Source: Chiloscyllium plagiosum
Lineage: Eukaryota
Direction of reading: 5' to 3'
Length of the DNA: 64,000 nt
Assembly: GCF_004010195.1 (NCBI RefSeq)
Contig: NC_057751.1
Coordinates: forward strand, 4,018,961-4,082,960
The notes under the pieces were generated by a model. The model made no database searches, was not told the origin of the DNA, and saw only the letters and a program-made list of their open reading frames with translations. Within the stretch, counting starts at the first letter, position 1. Every line of letters begins with the position of its first letter. Of this stretch, positions 48,505-61,300 are shown piece after piece. Position numbers and translations under genes: made by a program.

Positions 48505-51500
48505 GCACTGGAGGGTGGTGGGGGTTACAAAGTCAGGGAGGTATATCAGGACAGGAGGGTTGCAGACATTAGGAGGTTTGCAGTGCCAAAAGGAGGCTTC
48601 AGTAATTGTGAGGTTTCATGGTGATGAAGGCATTTGAGGAGGGAGGGAAGGAGGATTGTAGAGAAATGAGAGATTTCACAGTTTAGGTGTTTTGTTAGGG
48701 CTGCAAGAGGTTACTGAGTTGGGAAGGGTTTAAGCACTGGTAGATATTACATAAACATGTGGTTTTGGTTGCAATGCAGGAAGAGGATGCAGGAAGCTGG
48801 AGAGTATGGGGTCTGAATGAGGTTACATAAATAGGAAGAGTTGTCAGGAGTGGAGGTGTTTACAGAGACAGCAATGGTCTGATCTGGAGCAGAGGACCCA
48901 GATTGGGAGAGATGTGGGGATTGGAGGTGGTTTCACAGGGAGGGAGGACCATAGATCCACAGGAGGTTACAGAAATGTGGAGAGCTGTAGGGCTGACGGG
49001 TTCATGGAGTTGGGAATGTTGGGAGGGATAGAGATGTTTACAGGGATAAGGATGTTTGTAGGACAGGGCTGGATTACACAGACAGGGAGTGTTTTAGGGA
49101 GCTGAGCAGATTACAGAGATGAAGATGTTTGTATCGACTGGAAGAACAAACAGAGATATGGAGGGTCGTTGTGACTGTAGATGTTTATAGATATAGGAAG
49201 GCTTAGGTTCTGGGGGTTGTTTAGACATGGAAGCTGTGGAATCTGCATTCTTTTTTTAGAGATTGGGGTAGCAATTTTGGTTGGAGACAGTTTCACAGAT
49301 AAGGGAGTATTGCACAAACAGACGGAAGTTCCTGCGGGAGGAAGGGTTGGAAGGGAGGGTGATGTTTACACAGATAGGGGTGTAAGAGCTGGAGAAGGTT
49401 ATGGAGATGGGTAGATGATGGAGAGACTGGAGGAGCTTACATTGACAGGGTGGGTGATAGTGACGGTAGGAAGTTACATAGTTAATGAGTCTTGTAGGAA
49501 CGGGATCGGGAGAGACACAGGCATTGGAGTGGGATCTACAGATCGGGAGTGTTGCAGGGACCTGAGAGGATAACACAGATAGGGACGGTGGTAGGGTCTC
49601 CACAGACTGATGGCGTTTTAGGGACTGGAAAAGGTTATGTAGATAGGGAGGGCTCTAAGAGCTGCAGGAGCTTATGGTGAGTTGAAGAGTTGGAGCAGTT
49701 CACGGAGGAAGGGTTCTCCAACAGGAGTAGGTTACAGATAGTGAGGGCTGTGTGGCCTGAGAAAGTTAAAGAGATGGAGAGTTTTCAGGTCCGGAAGATA
49801 TTACACTGATAGGGATGGTTGAAGAGACTGAAGCAAAAATGCATGGAGAAGGTTACACAAATAGGGGGGGATGTAGGGACTGAAGGTAAATACACAGACG
49901 TGGAGGGTTGTATTGTTAGATGGAGCTTAGAGGGATAGGGACTGGTGTAGGGATTTACATAGATACCCCATGCAAATGTTGGACCATGGCAGATAGGGAA
50001 GTTAGTGTTTTTGGAGTATGTTAGACTGATACACACAGCGTTAAGGAATGTTTAATGGACTACAGAGGAGCTCAGACAGATGTATTATGGGGAGTGGAGG
50101 AGATTACAGACACACAGATTGCTGTCGGGTTGAAAAGAGCTTCTACAGATCCTCAGTGCTGTAAGGCTGGAGGGAGGTTATAATAATAAGGGTTACCAAC
50201 ACTTAATTACTTTTTTGATAGAGAGAAAGTCTCAGCACGGGACTGTCAAAAGGAAGTATAGACAGTCCAAATGAGTTTACAGGGATAAAAATGTTTTTGG
50301 GGGTTTCAGGAGGGAACAGTGATTGAGAGTGCTGTAACGAATGGCAATAGTTATAGGAAGGGTTCTAAAGGCAGGAAGAGGTGACAGTCATATCAATCTT
50401 TGTAAGGACTGGAGAAGCTTACATCGCCAAGGAGTGTTTTAGAGACTGCTGGAGATTACACATAAAAGGACAGTATTGAGGATGAGGCAAGGTTCAAGAG
50501 ACAGGGATGATTGACAGGACTGGACAATAACCTGAATAGAATCTTCACAGTGTGGAAATAGGCCATTCGGCCAAACAAGTCCACACCAATCCTCTGAAGA
50601 GCATCTGACCCAGACCCACCAAATCTACTTATCCATTAAACCCTGCATTTCTCGTGGTGAACTCACCTAAACCACACTTGCCTGAATACTACAGTCAATT
50701 TATGATGGCCAATCCACCTACCGTGCAAATGTTGGGCCATGGCAGGAAACCAGAGCACTCAGAAGAAACCCACACAGTAAGAGGGGAGAACATGCAATGT
50801 CCACACAAACAGTCACCCAAGGCTGGAATTGAAGCCAGTTCCCTGACGCTGAGAGGCTGCAGTGCTAACCACTGAGCGACCCCTGTATCTGATTATACAG
50901 AGCACTGCAGACATTGGACCAGGTCACAAAGTTCACAAGGGTTTATTGGAACAGGAGGAGAATATAGTTAGGAACAGGAGAAGGTTACATAGATGGTGTC
51001 CATTAGAGGGACTAGAGGAGGATAATGCAATAGGGAGGGTTGTGGATTCTCTAAACAATTAGAGGTAGGGACGGTTGGGGAAACTGGATGAAGTTAGTAA
51101 TACTCAAAGTTGTACACACTGGGTGAGGTTACCGAGTTAGCAAGGATTCTATGGACTTGCTATGGTCAGAGGCAGTTGTGGGAATGAGAGTTGTTACAAC
51201 AATTGAGAGGATATTTCAGGCACATAGATGGTTTTAGTGGCTGCAGGATGTTTGAGAGCTAGGAAGGCTAGTGCTGACTGGAGGTGGTCAAAGGTAAGGA
51301 ACAATGTAGTGATGGGAGTTAGTCACAGAGACAGAGAAGATTGAAGAGAGAGAGAGGGCAAGGTTACAGATCTCGGGAGCGTTCAAGTGGCTTCAGAACG
51401 TTACACAAAGGGAGGGTTGGCAGAAAAGGCTGTAGGAACTGGAGGACTCTGTACAGACAGGGAGATGAAATGGATGGAGGAAGGTTAGAGGTAATGAGGT

Positions 51501-51660
51501 GCAATAGGACAGGATGGAGGAGTGCCGTGGGGACTGGAGAAGGCTACAGTGACATCATGTGCTGGAGAGGCTGGAGGAATGTACACAGGTGGGCAGGTCA
51601 GTAAGGGCTGGATGTTACAGACAGAGTGGGCTGTAGGTGCTGGACAAGATGACAGACATA
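48505..51660 (+). repeat. Highly degenerate purine-rich minisatellite (unit approx. 'ggaggaggttacagagatagggagggttgtagggact')
   Basis: Recurrent 'ggttacaga/ca..taggga' and 'gggactgga' with strong G/A strand skew. Interrupted by a SINE. Smaller patches at ~46130-46330, 57690-57850 and 60260-60480. Confidence 0.75.
50540..50877 (-). mobile_element. HE1-like SINE
   Basis: Minus-strand head 'ctcagtggttagcactgcagcctc'; CR1-like tail. Confidence 0.85.
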
Positions 51661-51789
51661 AGGATTTTTATCGTGTTTTTGTGATAGTGGTCATAACACT
51701 ATGTTTCAAAGTCATTTTGGAAAAATATAAGGATAGGGCAGAAGAGAAGAGGCCAAATTGGTGGAAGCCCCCGAATCATTAGAATATCA

Positions 51790-53175
51790 CCGTCACTGGG
51801 CATTATCACTATCATGAGACAGGATCTGCCAAATGCAGACTGGGAGGAACTATTTGCTGTTGGGTTCATATTCAGAAAGAGGAATTATGTTAAAGTGATA
51901 CAGGGAGAATTCAGGGCCAGTGTGTTCTGCGAAGAGTGAATGACAAAGACAGTAAGTCCAGTGAATACTGGTCAAGCGATATCATGAGTTTGATAATGGA
52001 AATACAATGCGATGACAACAGGCAAAGACCGACCACAAGGTATTTAGTGAGTATAGTTGGAGGAAGAGGATTTCCAGGTAAACAGCGAGGCTTGTTAGAA
52101 ACCAAAGGGACAATCTGTGCATGGAGCCAGAGGAAGTAGGTGAGGTCTTCAATGAATACTTCCCATCTGTATTCACACAGGAGAAAGACATTGTAGCCAG
52201 GGATTTCAGTCGGGATGGTGAGGTTCTAGAACATGTGAAGATCAATAAGGAGGAGGTATTAAATGTTTTCACAGGCATAAACGTGGAGAAATCCCCAGTG
52301 CCCAATGAAATGTACTCCAGGCTGCTATGGAAGGTAAGGGAGGAGACTGCTGGGGCCCTGGTGGATATATTTAATATTTTGCTGGCCACAGGTGAAGTCC
52401 CGAATGACTGGAGGATCGCTAATGTGGTTCCTTTGTTCAAGAAGGGCAGCAGGGGTAGGCCAGGTAATCACAGAGCAGATAGTCTGACAGCAGGAGGAGG
52501 GAAATTATTGGGAACAATTGTGAGGATGAATCAACACTTCCAAAGGCAAGGATCACCTCGGCAGCATCATCACGGATTTGGTAGAGGGAGATACTGTCTG
52601 AGGAATTCAGTTCAGTTTTTTTTTGGAAATGGTGTCTAAAAACATTAATGAGGACAGTGCAGATGACGTGGTTTACATGGACTTGAATAAGACTTTTGAC
52701 AAGGTCCCTCATGGAAGGCTGGTCCAAAAAGGAAGAGCCACTGGGATCCAAGGCAAGTTGGTAATTTGGATACAAAATTAGTGGATAGACTTCTTTGTGT
52801 TTGAAATTCTTTCACCAGTCGGTGTACCACAGGGATCTGTGCAGGAACCATTGCTGGTTATTCTGTGGAATAATAACTCCGATGTGAAAGCAGAAGGAAT
52901 CATTAGTAGGTTTGCAGATGACATGAAAGGTCAGGGGGATGATCTCAGGCTGCAGTCAGATATCGATCAGATGATAAACTGAGCAAAGTAATGGCAGATG
53001 GAGTTTACTTCTGATCACTGTGAGGTAATACACTGTGGGAAGTCTCATAAGCGAAGGATATACATCATGAATAGTAGGTCCTCCTGGAGTACTGAGTAAC
53101 ACCGGGACCTTGGTGGACAAGTCTCTGGATGTCTGATGGTGTCAGCACAGGTTGACAGGGTGGGGAAGGCACCTG
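51790..53175 (+). mobile_element. CR1 ORF2 fragments
   Basis: VFNEYFPSVFT, GEVPNDWRIANVVPLFKKG, GVPQGSV, ISRFADDMK. Confidence 0.9.
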
Positions 53176-53357
53176 AACTGGGAGCAGGAGGGGGACCCAT
53201 ATCCTGGTGGGGCGAATTGTTAGAGCTGCTTGAGAGGATATCATGTAATCTGGCAGGGTGTTGCATCTTAAACAGTCGTAAAGCCAGAAAGAAGATTGAA
53301 GTTGGTGCACAAGTTAAAGACAGCAATTTCATCAGACATGGCAGGCAAGAATATTCA

Positions 53358-53812
53358 AAGTTTATGAGAAGATTTGTAGCTCGGGTGCTCGTTGTTGTGG
53401 TTGTGTTCGCCAAGCTGGGAATTTGTGTTACAGACGTTTTGTCCCCTGTCTAGGTGACATCCTCAGTGCTTGGGAGCCTCCTGTGAAGCGCTTCTGTGAT
53501 GTTTCCTCAGGCATTTGTAGTGGTTTGAATCTGCCGCTTCCGGTTGTCAGTTCCAGCTGTCCGTTGCAGTGGCCGGTATATTGGGTCCAGGTCGATGTGC
53601 TTATTGATTGAATCTGTGGATGAGTGCCATGCCTCTAGGAATTCCCTGGCTGTTCTCTGTTTGGCTTGTCCTATAATAGTAGTGTTGTCCCAGTCGAATT
53701 CATGTTGCTTGTCATCTGTGTGTGTGGCTACTAAGGATAGCTGGTCGTGTCGTTTCGTGGCTAGTTGGTGTTCATGGATACGGATCGTTAGCTGTCTTCC
53801 TGTTTGTCCTAT
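53358..53812 (-). mobile_element. Penelope-like element 3' part: GIY-YIG endonuclease C-terminus and terminal repeat
   Basis: Minus strand translates IGQTGRQLTIRIHEHQLATKRHDQLSLVATHTDDKQHEFDWDNTTIIGQAKQRTAREFLEAWHS; truncated by the gap. Confidence 0.9.
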
Positions 53813-53979
53813 NNNNNNNNNNNNNNNNNNNNNNNNNNNNNNNNNNNNNNNNNNNNNNNNNNNNNNNNNNNNNNNNNNNNNNNNNNNNNNNNNNNNNNNN
53901 NNNNNNNNNNNNNNNNNNNNNNNNNNNNNNNNNNNNNNNNNNNNNNNNNNNNNNNNNNNNNNNNNNNNNNNNNNNNNNN
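53813..53979. other. Assembly gap (N run)
   Basis: Run of N. Confidence 1.
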
Positions 53980-56900
53980 AAACTGATGATTAAACTGCAT
54001 TTATTTCAATGCAAGTGGCCTGACAGCTAAGGAAGATGAACTCAGGGCATGGATTGGAACATGGGACTGGGAGATTATAGTTATTACAGAAACAAAGCTG
54101 AGGGAGGGACAGGACTGGCAGCTAATTGTTTCAAGGTGGAGATGCTACAGGAAGCATCGAAGGGAAGGCAAGAGAGGATGCGTGGTGGTGGGTTTTGATT
54201 GCATGAATCATCTCAACAGTACTTAGAGAGGATATTCCTGTGGGATTGCCCAGCGAAGCTATGTTAGTGGAACTGAGAAATAAGAATGGGTCATTACACT
54301 GACACGATTGTCCTACTGACCCCGAATAACCAGTGGCAGACTGAGGAACGAATTTATCAGGAGATCTCAAATATCGATCATAATAATAGGGCTGTTATTG
54401 TCAGGGTTTTTAAACTTTCCAAACCTAAACTGAGACTGCCAGTGTTCAGTGTTTGCAAGGGAGGAATTTGGTAATTGTGTCCCACAAAACTCCCTATAAA
54501 TATGTAAATGGCCTGAAAAGAGAAAGGGGCAAAACCTGAACTCCCCTTGAGAAACAAGGAAGGGAAAGGGACTGAGGCGTTCGTGGGAAAGCATTTTGCC
54601 AAAGTGACCACAATTCTAATAGTTTGAAAATAGCGATGGAAAAGGACAGGGCTGGTCCACAGGTTCAAGTTATAAAATGGGGCCAGACCAATCTGGATCG
54701 TATTAGCCAGGAACTTTCAAAAGGTGATTGCAGAGTCTATTTACAGGGAAAGGGAAGTCTGGCAAGTGAGAATATTTTAAAAGTGAGATAAATTGAGGGA
54801 TCAGCACCAGCATGTTCCTGTCTGTGTGCAGGTCAATGCTGACAGCATTAGGAACACTGGCTGTCTATTGAGGGTCTGGTCAAGGAAAAGGGGGCACATG
54901 TCAGGTATAGCCAGCTGGATCAAGGGAATCCCTGAGAATCATAGGGACTTTAGGAATACACTTTGGGTAGAAATCAGGAATGCAGAAAGGGTACATGAAA
55001 TAGCCTCAGCAGAGAATGATAAGGAGAATCCAAAAGTGATTGTATAAATAAATGAAGAGTAAAAGAGTAACTCGAGATAAAATAGTGTCCCTTAAAGATC
55101 AATGAGACCATTGGTGTGTGGAACCGCAGGATATGGCTTAGACCTTAAACACATTTTCTACTCCAGAACTTACTGTAGACAAAGACTGGAGAACTCAGGG
55201 AACAAGAGTAATACATTAGACCACATTTGGAGTTCTCGGCAATTCCAGTATCCCCGCTATAGGAAAGATGTTGTGAAAGTTGAAAGTGTTCGGAAAAGAT
55301 CGACAAGATGTTACCAGGGTCGTTGCTGAATAAGCTGGGGTTATTTTTCCTGGAGCATCGGAGACTAAGTGGTGACCTGACAGGGGTTTATATAAATATG
55401 AGAGGTATGGATGAGGTAAACATTCTTTTCCCAGGGGTTGGAGAGTCCAAAACTAGTAGGCATAGGTTTAAGTTAAAGGGGAAAGGTTTAAAAGGGACTG
55501 AAGGGACAACTTTTTTATGCAGACGGTGATGTGTGTATGGAATGAGCTGAGAGAGAAAGTAGCAGATACTGATACTATGACAACATTTAAAAGGTATCTG
55601 GATGGGTATATAAATAATAAGGGTTTAGAGGTACATGGGCCAAATTGGATGAGTTGGACCGAAGGGTCTGTTTCCATGCTGTCCATCTCTATGACTTGAA
55701 AAGAGTGCATGTTATAGAAGAGGTGGTGCTGGAGATTTTAAAACACAAAGGTATGGAAAGACCCAGGACCTGATTAAGTGTATCTCAGGTCATTGTGGGA
55801 TGCTAGGGAAGAAATTGTGGAGCCCCGAGCAAAGATATTTGTACCATTGACAGCCGTGTGTGATGTGCTGGAAAGGCTGGAGGGTGGCATAATGGGCAGT
55901 GAAGGAGGTGTTTTGAGATTACAAAGGGATCTTGATGAAATGGGTGAATGGGCTGAAAAACTGTCGATGGAATTCAATCTGAATAAATGCAAGTTAGTGC
56001 ACTTGGTAAAACAAACAAGGGTAGAGCTTATACAATTAATGTTAGGGCCTCTGTTAGTGTTTTAGAGCAGAGGGACCTCAGGATTCAGGTACATAATTCT
56101 TGAAGCTTGCATCACAGGATGCATAAGGCAGTGCTTGGCATGCCTGACTATTGCTCAGTCCATTGAGTGGAGGATTTGGGACGTCATGTTGAGATTGCGC
56201 AGACATTTGTGAGGCCTGTTCTGCAATACTCCATCCAGTTCTGGTCGCCCAGTTATGTGGAGGATATTATTAAGCTGCAGGTGGTTCCGAAGAGATTTAC
56301 CAGGATGTTGCTGGATATGGAAGGCTTGAGTTCTGAAAAATGGCTGGAGAGGCTGAGTCTTTTTTCACTGGAGCCTGGAAGTTGAGACATGATGTTATAA
56401 AAGTTTATTTTTAAAAATGAGGTATACAGATCGATAAAATGGAGTTGTCTTTTCCGCAAGATGGGGGAGTCTCAAGAGGAGGGACCACATTTTTAAGGTT
56501 AGAAGAGAGAGATGTTCAAAAAAAAAGACATGGGGGCAAATTGTTACCCAGAGGGTGTTTTGATTGTGGAATGAACTTCCTGAGGAAGGGGTGGATGTGG
56601 GTACAATTACAACGTTTAAAAGACAGAGATACTAAACGAGTATTTTGCATCAGTTTTTACTGTGGAAAAGGATATGGAAGATGTAGAATGCAGGGAAATA
56701 GATGGTGACACCTTGCAAAATGTCCATATTACAGACGAGCAAATGTTGGATGTCTTGAAATGCATAAAGGTGGGTAAATTCCCAGGACCTGATCAGGTGT
56801 ACCCTCGAACTCTGTGGGAAGCTAGAGAAGTGAATAATGGACCTCTTGCTGAGATATTTGTATCATAGATTGTCACAGGAGAGGTGCTGGAAGACTGGAG

Positions 56901-57670
56901 ATTGGCTAACGTGGTGCCATTGTTTAAGAAGAGTGGTAAGGACAAGCCAGGAAATTATAGACCAGTTAGCCTAACGTCGGTGGTGGGCAAATTGTTGGAG
57001 GGAATCCTGAGGGACAGAATGTACATGTATTTGGAAAGGCAAGGACTGAAAAGGGATAGTCAACATGGCTTTGTGCATGGGAGATCATGTCTCACAAACT
57101 TGATTGAGTTTTTTGAAGAAGTAACAAAGAGGATTGATGAGGGCTGAGCGGTAGATGTGATCGAAATGGACTTCAATAAGGCGTTCGACAAGTTTCCCCA
57201 TGATTAGCAAGGTTCGATCTCACGGAATACAGGGAGAACTAACCATTTGGATACAGAACTGGCTCAAAGGTAGAAGACAGAGGGTGGTGGTGGAGGGTTG
57301 CTTGTCAGACTGGAGGCCTATCACCAGTGAAGTGCCACAAGGATTGGGCCTAAGAATGGTGAATAGCCAAGGGTAAGTGAGTCCAAAACTCGAGGGTACA
57401 AACTGGAGGTGAGAGAGCAAAGATTTAAAGAGGGAGCTGAGGGGCAACATTATCCACAGAGGATGGCACACAGACAGAACAGACTGCCAGGGGCACATGG
57501 GAGAAACAAGAACAATTACATCATGGAAAGCACATTTGGGCAGGAACATGGAGAGGATAAGGTTTGAAGAGCTAAGGGCCAAACGCAGGCAAATGAGACT
57601 CATTCAGTATATGAAACATGGGCAGCATTGACGAGTTGGACCACAGGTTCTGTTTCCTTGCTGTGTCACT
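53980..57670 (+). mobile_element. Multiple CR1 ORF2 fragments, including the AP-endonuclease N-terminus
   Basis: LNCIYFNASGLTAKEDELRAWIGTWDWEIIVITET; EDWRLANVVPLFKK...NYRPVSLTSVVGKLLE...SQHGFVHGRSCLTNLIEFFEEVT; several CR1 3' tails. Confidence 0.9.
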
Positions 57671-58340
57671 CTGTATCCAGCTAAAGAGGATTACAGTACT
57701 GAATTAAAGCATGTTGTAGACACTGAAGCAAGTTACAGCGATAGGGATGGTAGTCTGAAATGCAATACGTTTCAAATATGTGGAGGGACTATCAGGAAGG
57801 GAGGTGGTTACAGGGACAGGAACTGTTATAGGAGTTACAAATTGCTGAAGACACTGGTGCACAAGCCATGCCATAGATACAGTGTTGCAGAGTAGTGAGA
57901 CTCAGTACAGTGTTGGAGGGAGAACACAGAACAGAAAGATCCCAGGCAGCATTCCCAACCTCTCGTCGAAGGCCTGCTTTCCCCTCTGTTGTACTGATGC
58001 TCACTAAGACAACACAGGCCTGGATTGATAACTATGAACTCCCCATGCTGTCTCAGTGCAACGTAAGTTAATGTAGACGTGGTGATTGACCCAGGGGTGT
58101 GTCTGTACTGTACTGTGCTCCCCCTCCAGCATTGTACCTATGTCATGTCTTCTTCGTGATGTTAGGAGCCCTCTCATTGCTCTATGCTCAGTGTACTGTG
58201 AGTGATCTTACCTCACTGCAGGATTCATTGAAGGCTCCATGAATCTCCCTGCCCTTTGTCTCCCTGGCTGACCAATCATCTTCAATGAGGTGTTGGATGA
58301 GACACCCAGCAATTAGGAAGTCTATTGAGTCAGGACCTTC

Positions 58341-61300
58341 CTGAGTCCCTCCAGGAGACAGAGAAATAGACAGAATGGAAAATTAGACTGATGCAGTGAG
58401 GGTTACACATGGAGAATGGAAATGAGCCCCACAGATATCTGGAAAATCCCACTCCATTCCTGGCCTATGCTGTTGCATCTCTCTGGAGTGGGGAATTCTG
58501 TTGGCTCAGGATCTGGAGTAACTGCAAGAGCAGAAGGCATTGACATAGGCAGCAATTAGACCCACACAGTGAGGGATACCACATGGAGAGAGACTCGGTG
58601 ATTTCCCCAGAGTGCTGGAAGACCTCAGGATCACACAGTCATGTTGGAAGAATGGGTTTAGCTTCATGATGCCCTGGTATCAGTGCTCAGGGATGAGCAA
58701 CCAGTGAGCAGGCAAAGTGATGGCCGGGTGATATTATTGCTAGAGCATGTATCCAAAACTTCAGCTAATGTTCAGGGGAAGTGGGTTTGAATCCCACCAG
58801 CAATAATTTTAAAAATTGTAATTAACAATCCATAAATAAATATGAAACCATTGCTGATGTACAAAAAACCCAAACACTTGTCCTTTAGATAAGGACATCT
58901 GATCATCCTCACGTGTTCTGCATGACATACCCACAGCAAAGTGTTTGCCTCTCAATTACCCTCTGAAATGGCCGAGCAAGTTACTCAGCTCGAAGGCAGC
59001 TAGGGCTGGGCAAGAAAGGCTGATCAGCCAGAGACACCCACATCCCATACCTGATTTTAAAAATAATCCATTAGGATGGTCCCACTGGAATTGTGCTGGG
59101 ACCAGTGTCCTGGCCAATCATGTCGGTAGGTTTATGGACAGGGCTTTAAACTGACAGAGAGGATGCAGGGACATAGTTCAGGTGAAAGAAGCTTTCCAAA
59201 CCCAAAGAGAAAAGGTGAAGCATTGGAACAGCATGGGAATGTGGCTGCTGACAAACAGAAAGTTACAGCATGGGACAGAGTTTAACTAAAACTATTCATC
59301 AGGTAATCGGTTTGTGACAAGAAATTGTGGAAAAGAGTAAATTATGTTTTTTTGGAATGGATAATGTTTCATCAATAAGGTAGATGGATTTGTGACACAG
59401 AGATAAAAGAGATTTAGACATCAGGGTGACGTGGTTACAGAGTGAACAAAAGGTGGACATAAATATTCAATGGTTCACAACCTTGTGGAAACTCAAGCAA
59501 AATGGGCAACGCTAACAAGAATGGATAACAAAGGCATTACAGAGAAAGCATTTGGCCACAGATCATGAAGTAGAGTCAGTCTGAATGTAAATTCTGACTA
59601 CTACTTGCCGAGGACACAAGCAGCAGAACAGTTTTAACCACCGAACAGTGTTTCATTGCTCATCACTGCATTACACAGGAACTCATTGGAATTTTTTAAC
59701 AAACACATTGTGATAATTTTGGGAAACTTCAATGTTCACATCATCTGGGACAGTCACACTGACAACAGTGATATTGGAAGAGGAGTTCAGAGAACTTTTT
59801 TTCAGTGTTTCTTTGAATACCACATTGTGCAACTGGCTAGGTACATAACTATCTCAGAGTGACCATTGTGTGATCAAACTTAGTGAATGAGTAATGTCAC
59901 CTGGAGAGATCCTCAGGGAAACTGTGAGAAAGTGCAGTTTAAAGAAATATAAAGTTTTAAAGTGAATCACAGAAAGGACAAGCAACAACTAGAAACAAAA
60001 ATAGCCAATTAAATGGGTTTGAGATGAGAACTGACTAAGGTAAAGAGGCGAAACAGACTGAAACATGAGCCTGTAAATGAACAGTGGAAAACATTTGAAG
60101 GAGCAGTGTAAATCACTCAACAAAAGGACATTCCATTGAAACAGACAAAACTTCAGCAAGAAATTCCCACCAGCCCCTCACTCAGGACAAAATGTATCAT
60201 ATTAGATTGTGAGGCTTAGAAAATCACCAAAAAGTACTCAAAATCCTGAAGTGAGAGAGTGTTTTAGGAGTAAGTTTTAAAGGGATTGCAAAGGGTCTGC
60301 TAGCAGGAGGAAGGTAGTGGGAAGGGGAATCATTGTCAGGATTTAATGTCACAAAAGGAACAGGGAGAGGTGAAGGTGCTGGAGGTGGTGAGAGTGTTGC
60401 AGAGAATGGTCAGGGCCTAAACGGTGTTACAAAGCCAATACGGATTGCTGCAGCTGGAGGGGTTTGCAGAGGTAGGGAGGGACATATGTATTTTTATTTA
60501 TTCATTCATGGGATGTGGGTGTCACTGCTAATTACCCAGAGGACAGCTCAGAGTCAGCCATACTGCAGTGGGTCTGCAGTCACATGTTATCCCACTGATC
60601 AACAATGCTTTTGTGGTGGCCTGACCAATGTCTTGTACAGATACAACATGACGTCCCAACTCCTATTCTTAATGCTCTGCCCAATGAAGGTAACCATCCC
60701 AAACACCTGCTTCACCAGCCTGTCTACCTGTGACACCACTTTCAAAGAACTGTGTACCTGCATCCCTGGGTCACTGATTGACAACACTACACAGGGCTTG
60801 AACATTAACTGTACAAGTCCCACCCTGGTTTGTTTCACCAAAATGGCACACTTCACACTTATCTAATTCAACTCCATCTGCTATTCTTCAGCCCAGTATC
60901 CCAGCAGTACTGTTCATCCTGTTGTATCACAGATAACCTTCATCACTGTCCAGTTTACCACCAATTTCAATGTCACCCAAAAAACTTACTTAACAGGAAA
61001 CCAATATTCCCATCCAAACCATTTATCCAAATGACAAACAACAGTGGACCCACTACACCGCTGGTCACATACCTCCAGTCAGAAAAACAATGTGTCTCCC
61101 ATCACCCTCTGTCTCCTACCATCAAGCCTAATTTTCTGTCCAGTTGACTAGCTCCTCCTGAATGCCATATCCTTTTACACTGATCTGAGCTTATTACCCA
61201 ATTTACCATACGACACGTAGAACACAGAACAGTACAGAACAAGACCCTTCGGCCGTTATGACATGCCAATCTTTTATCCGACTGTAAGATCAAAAACAAA

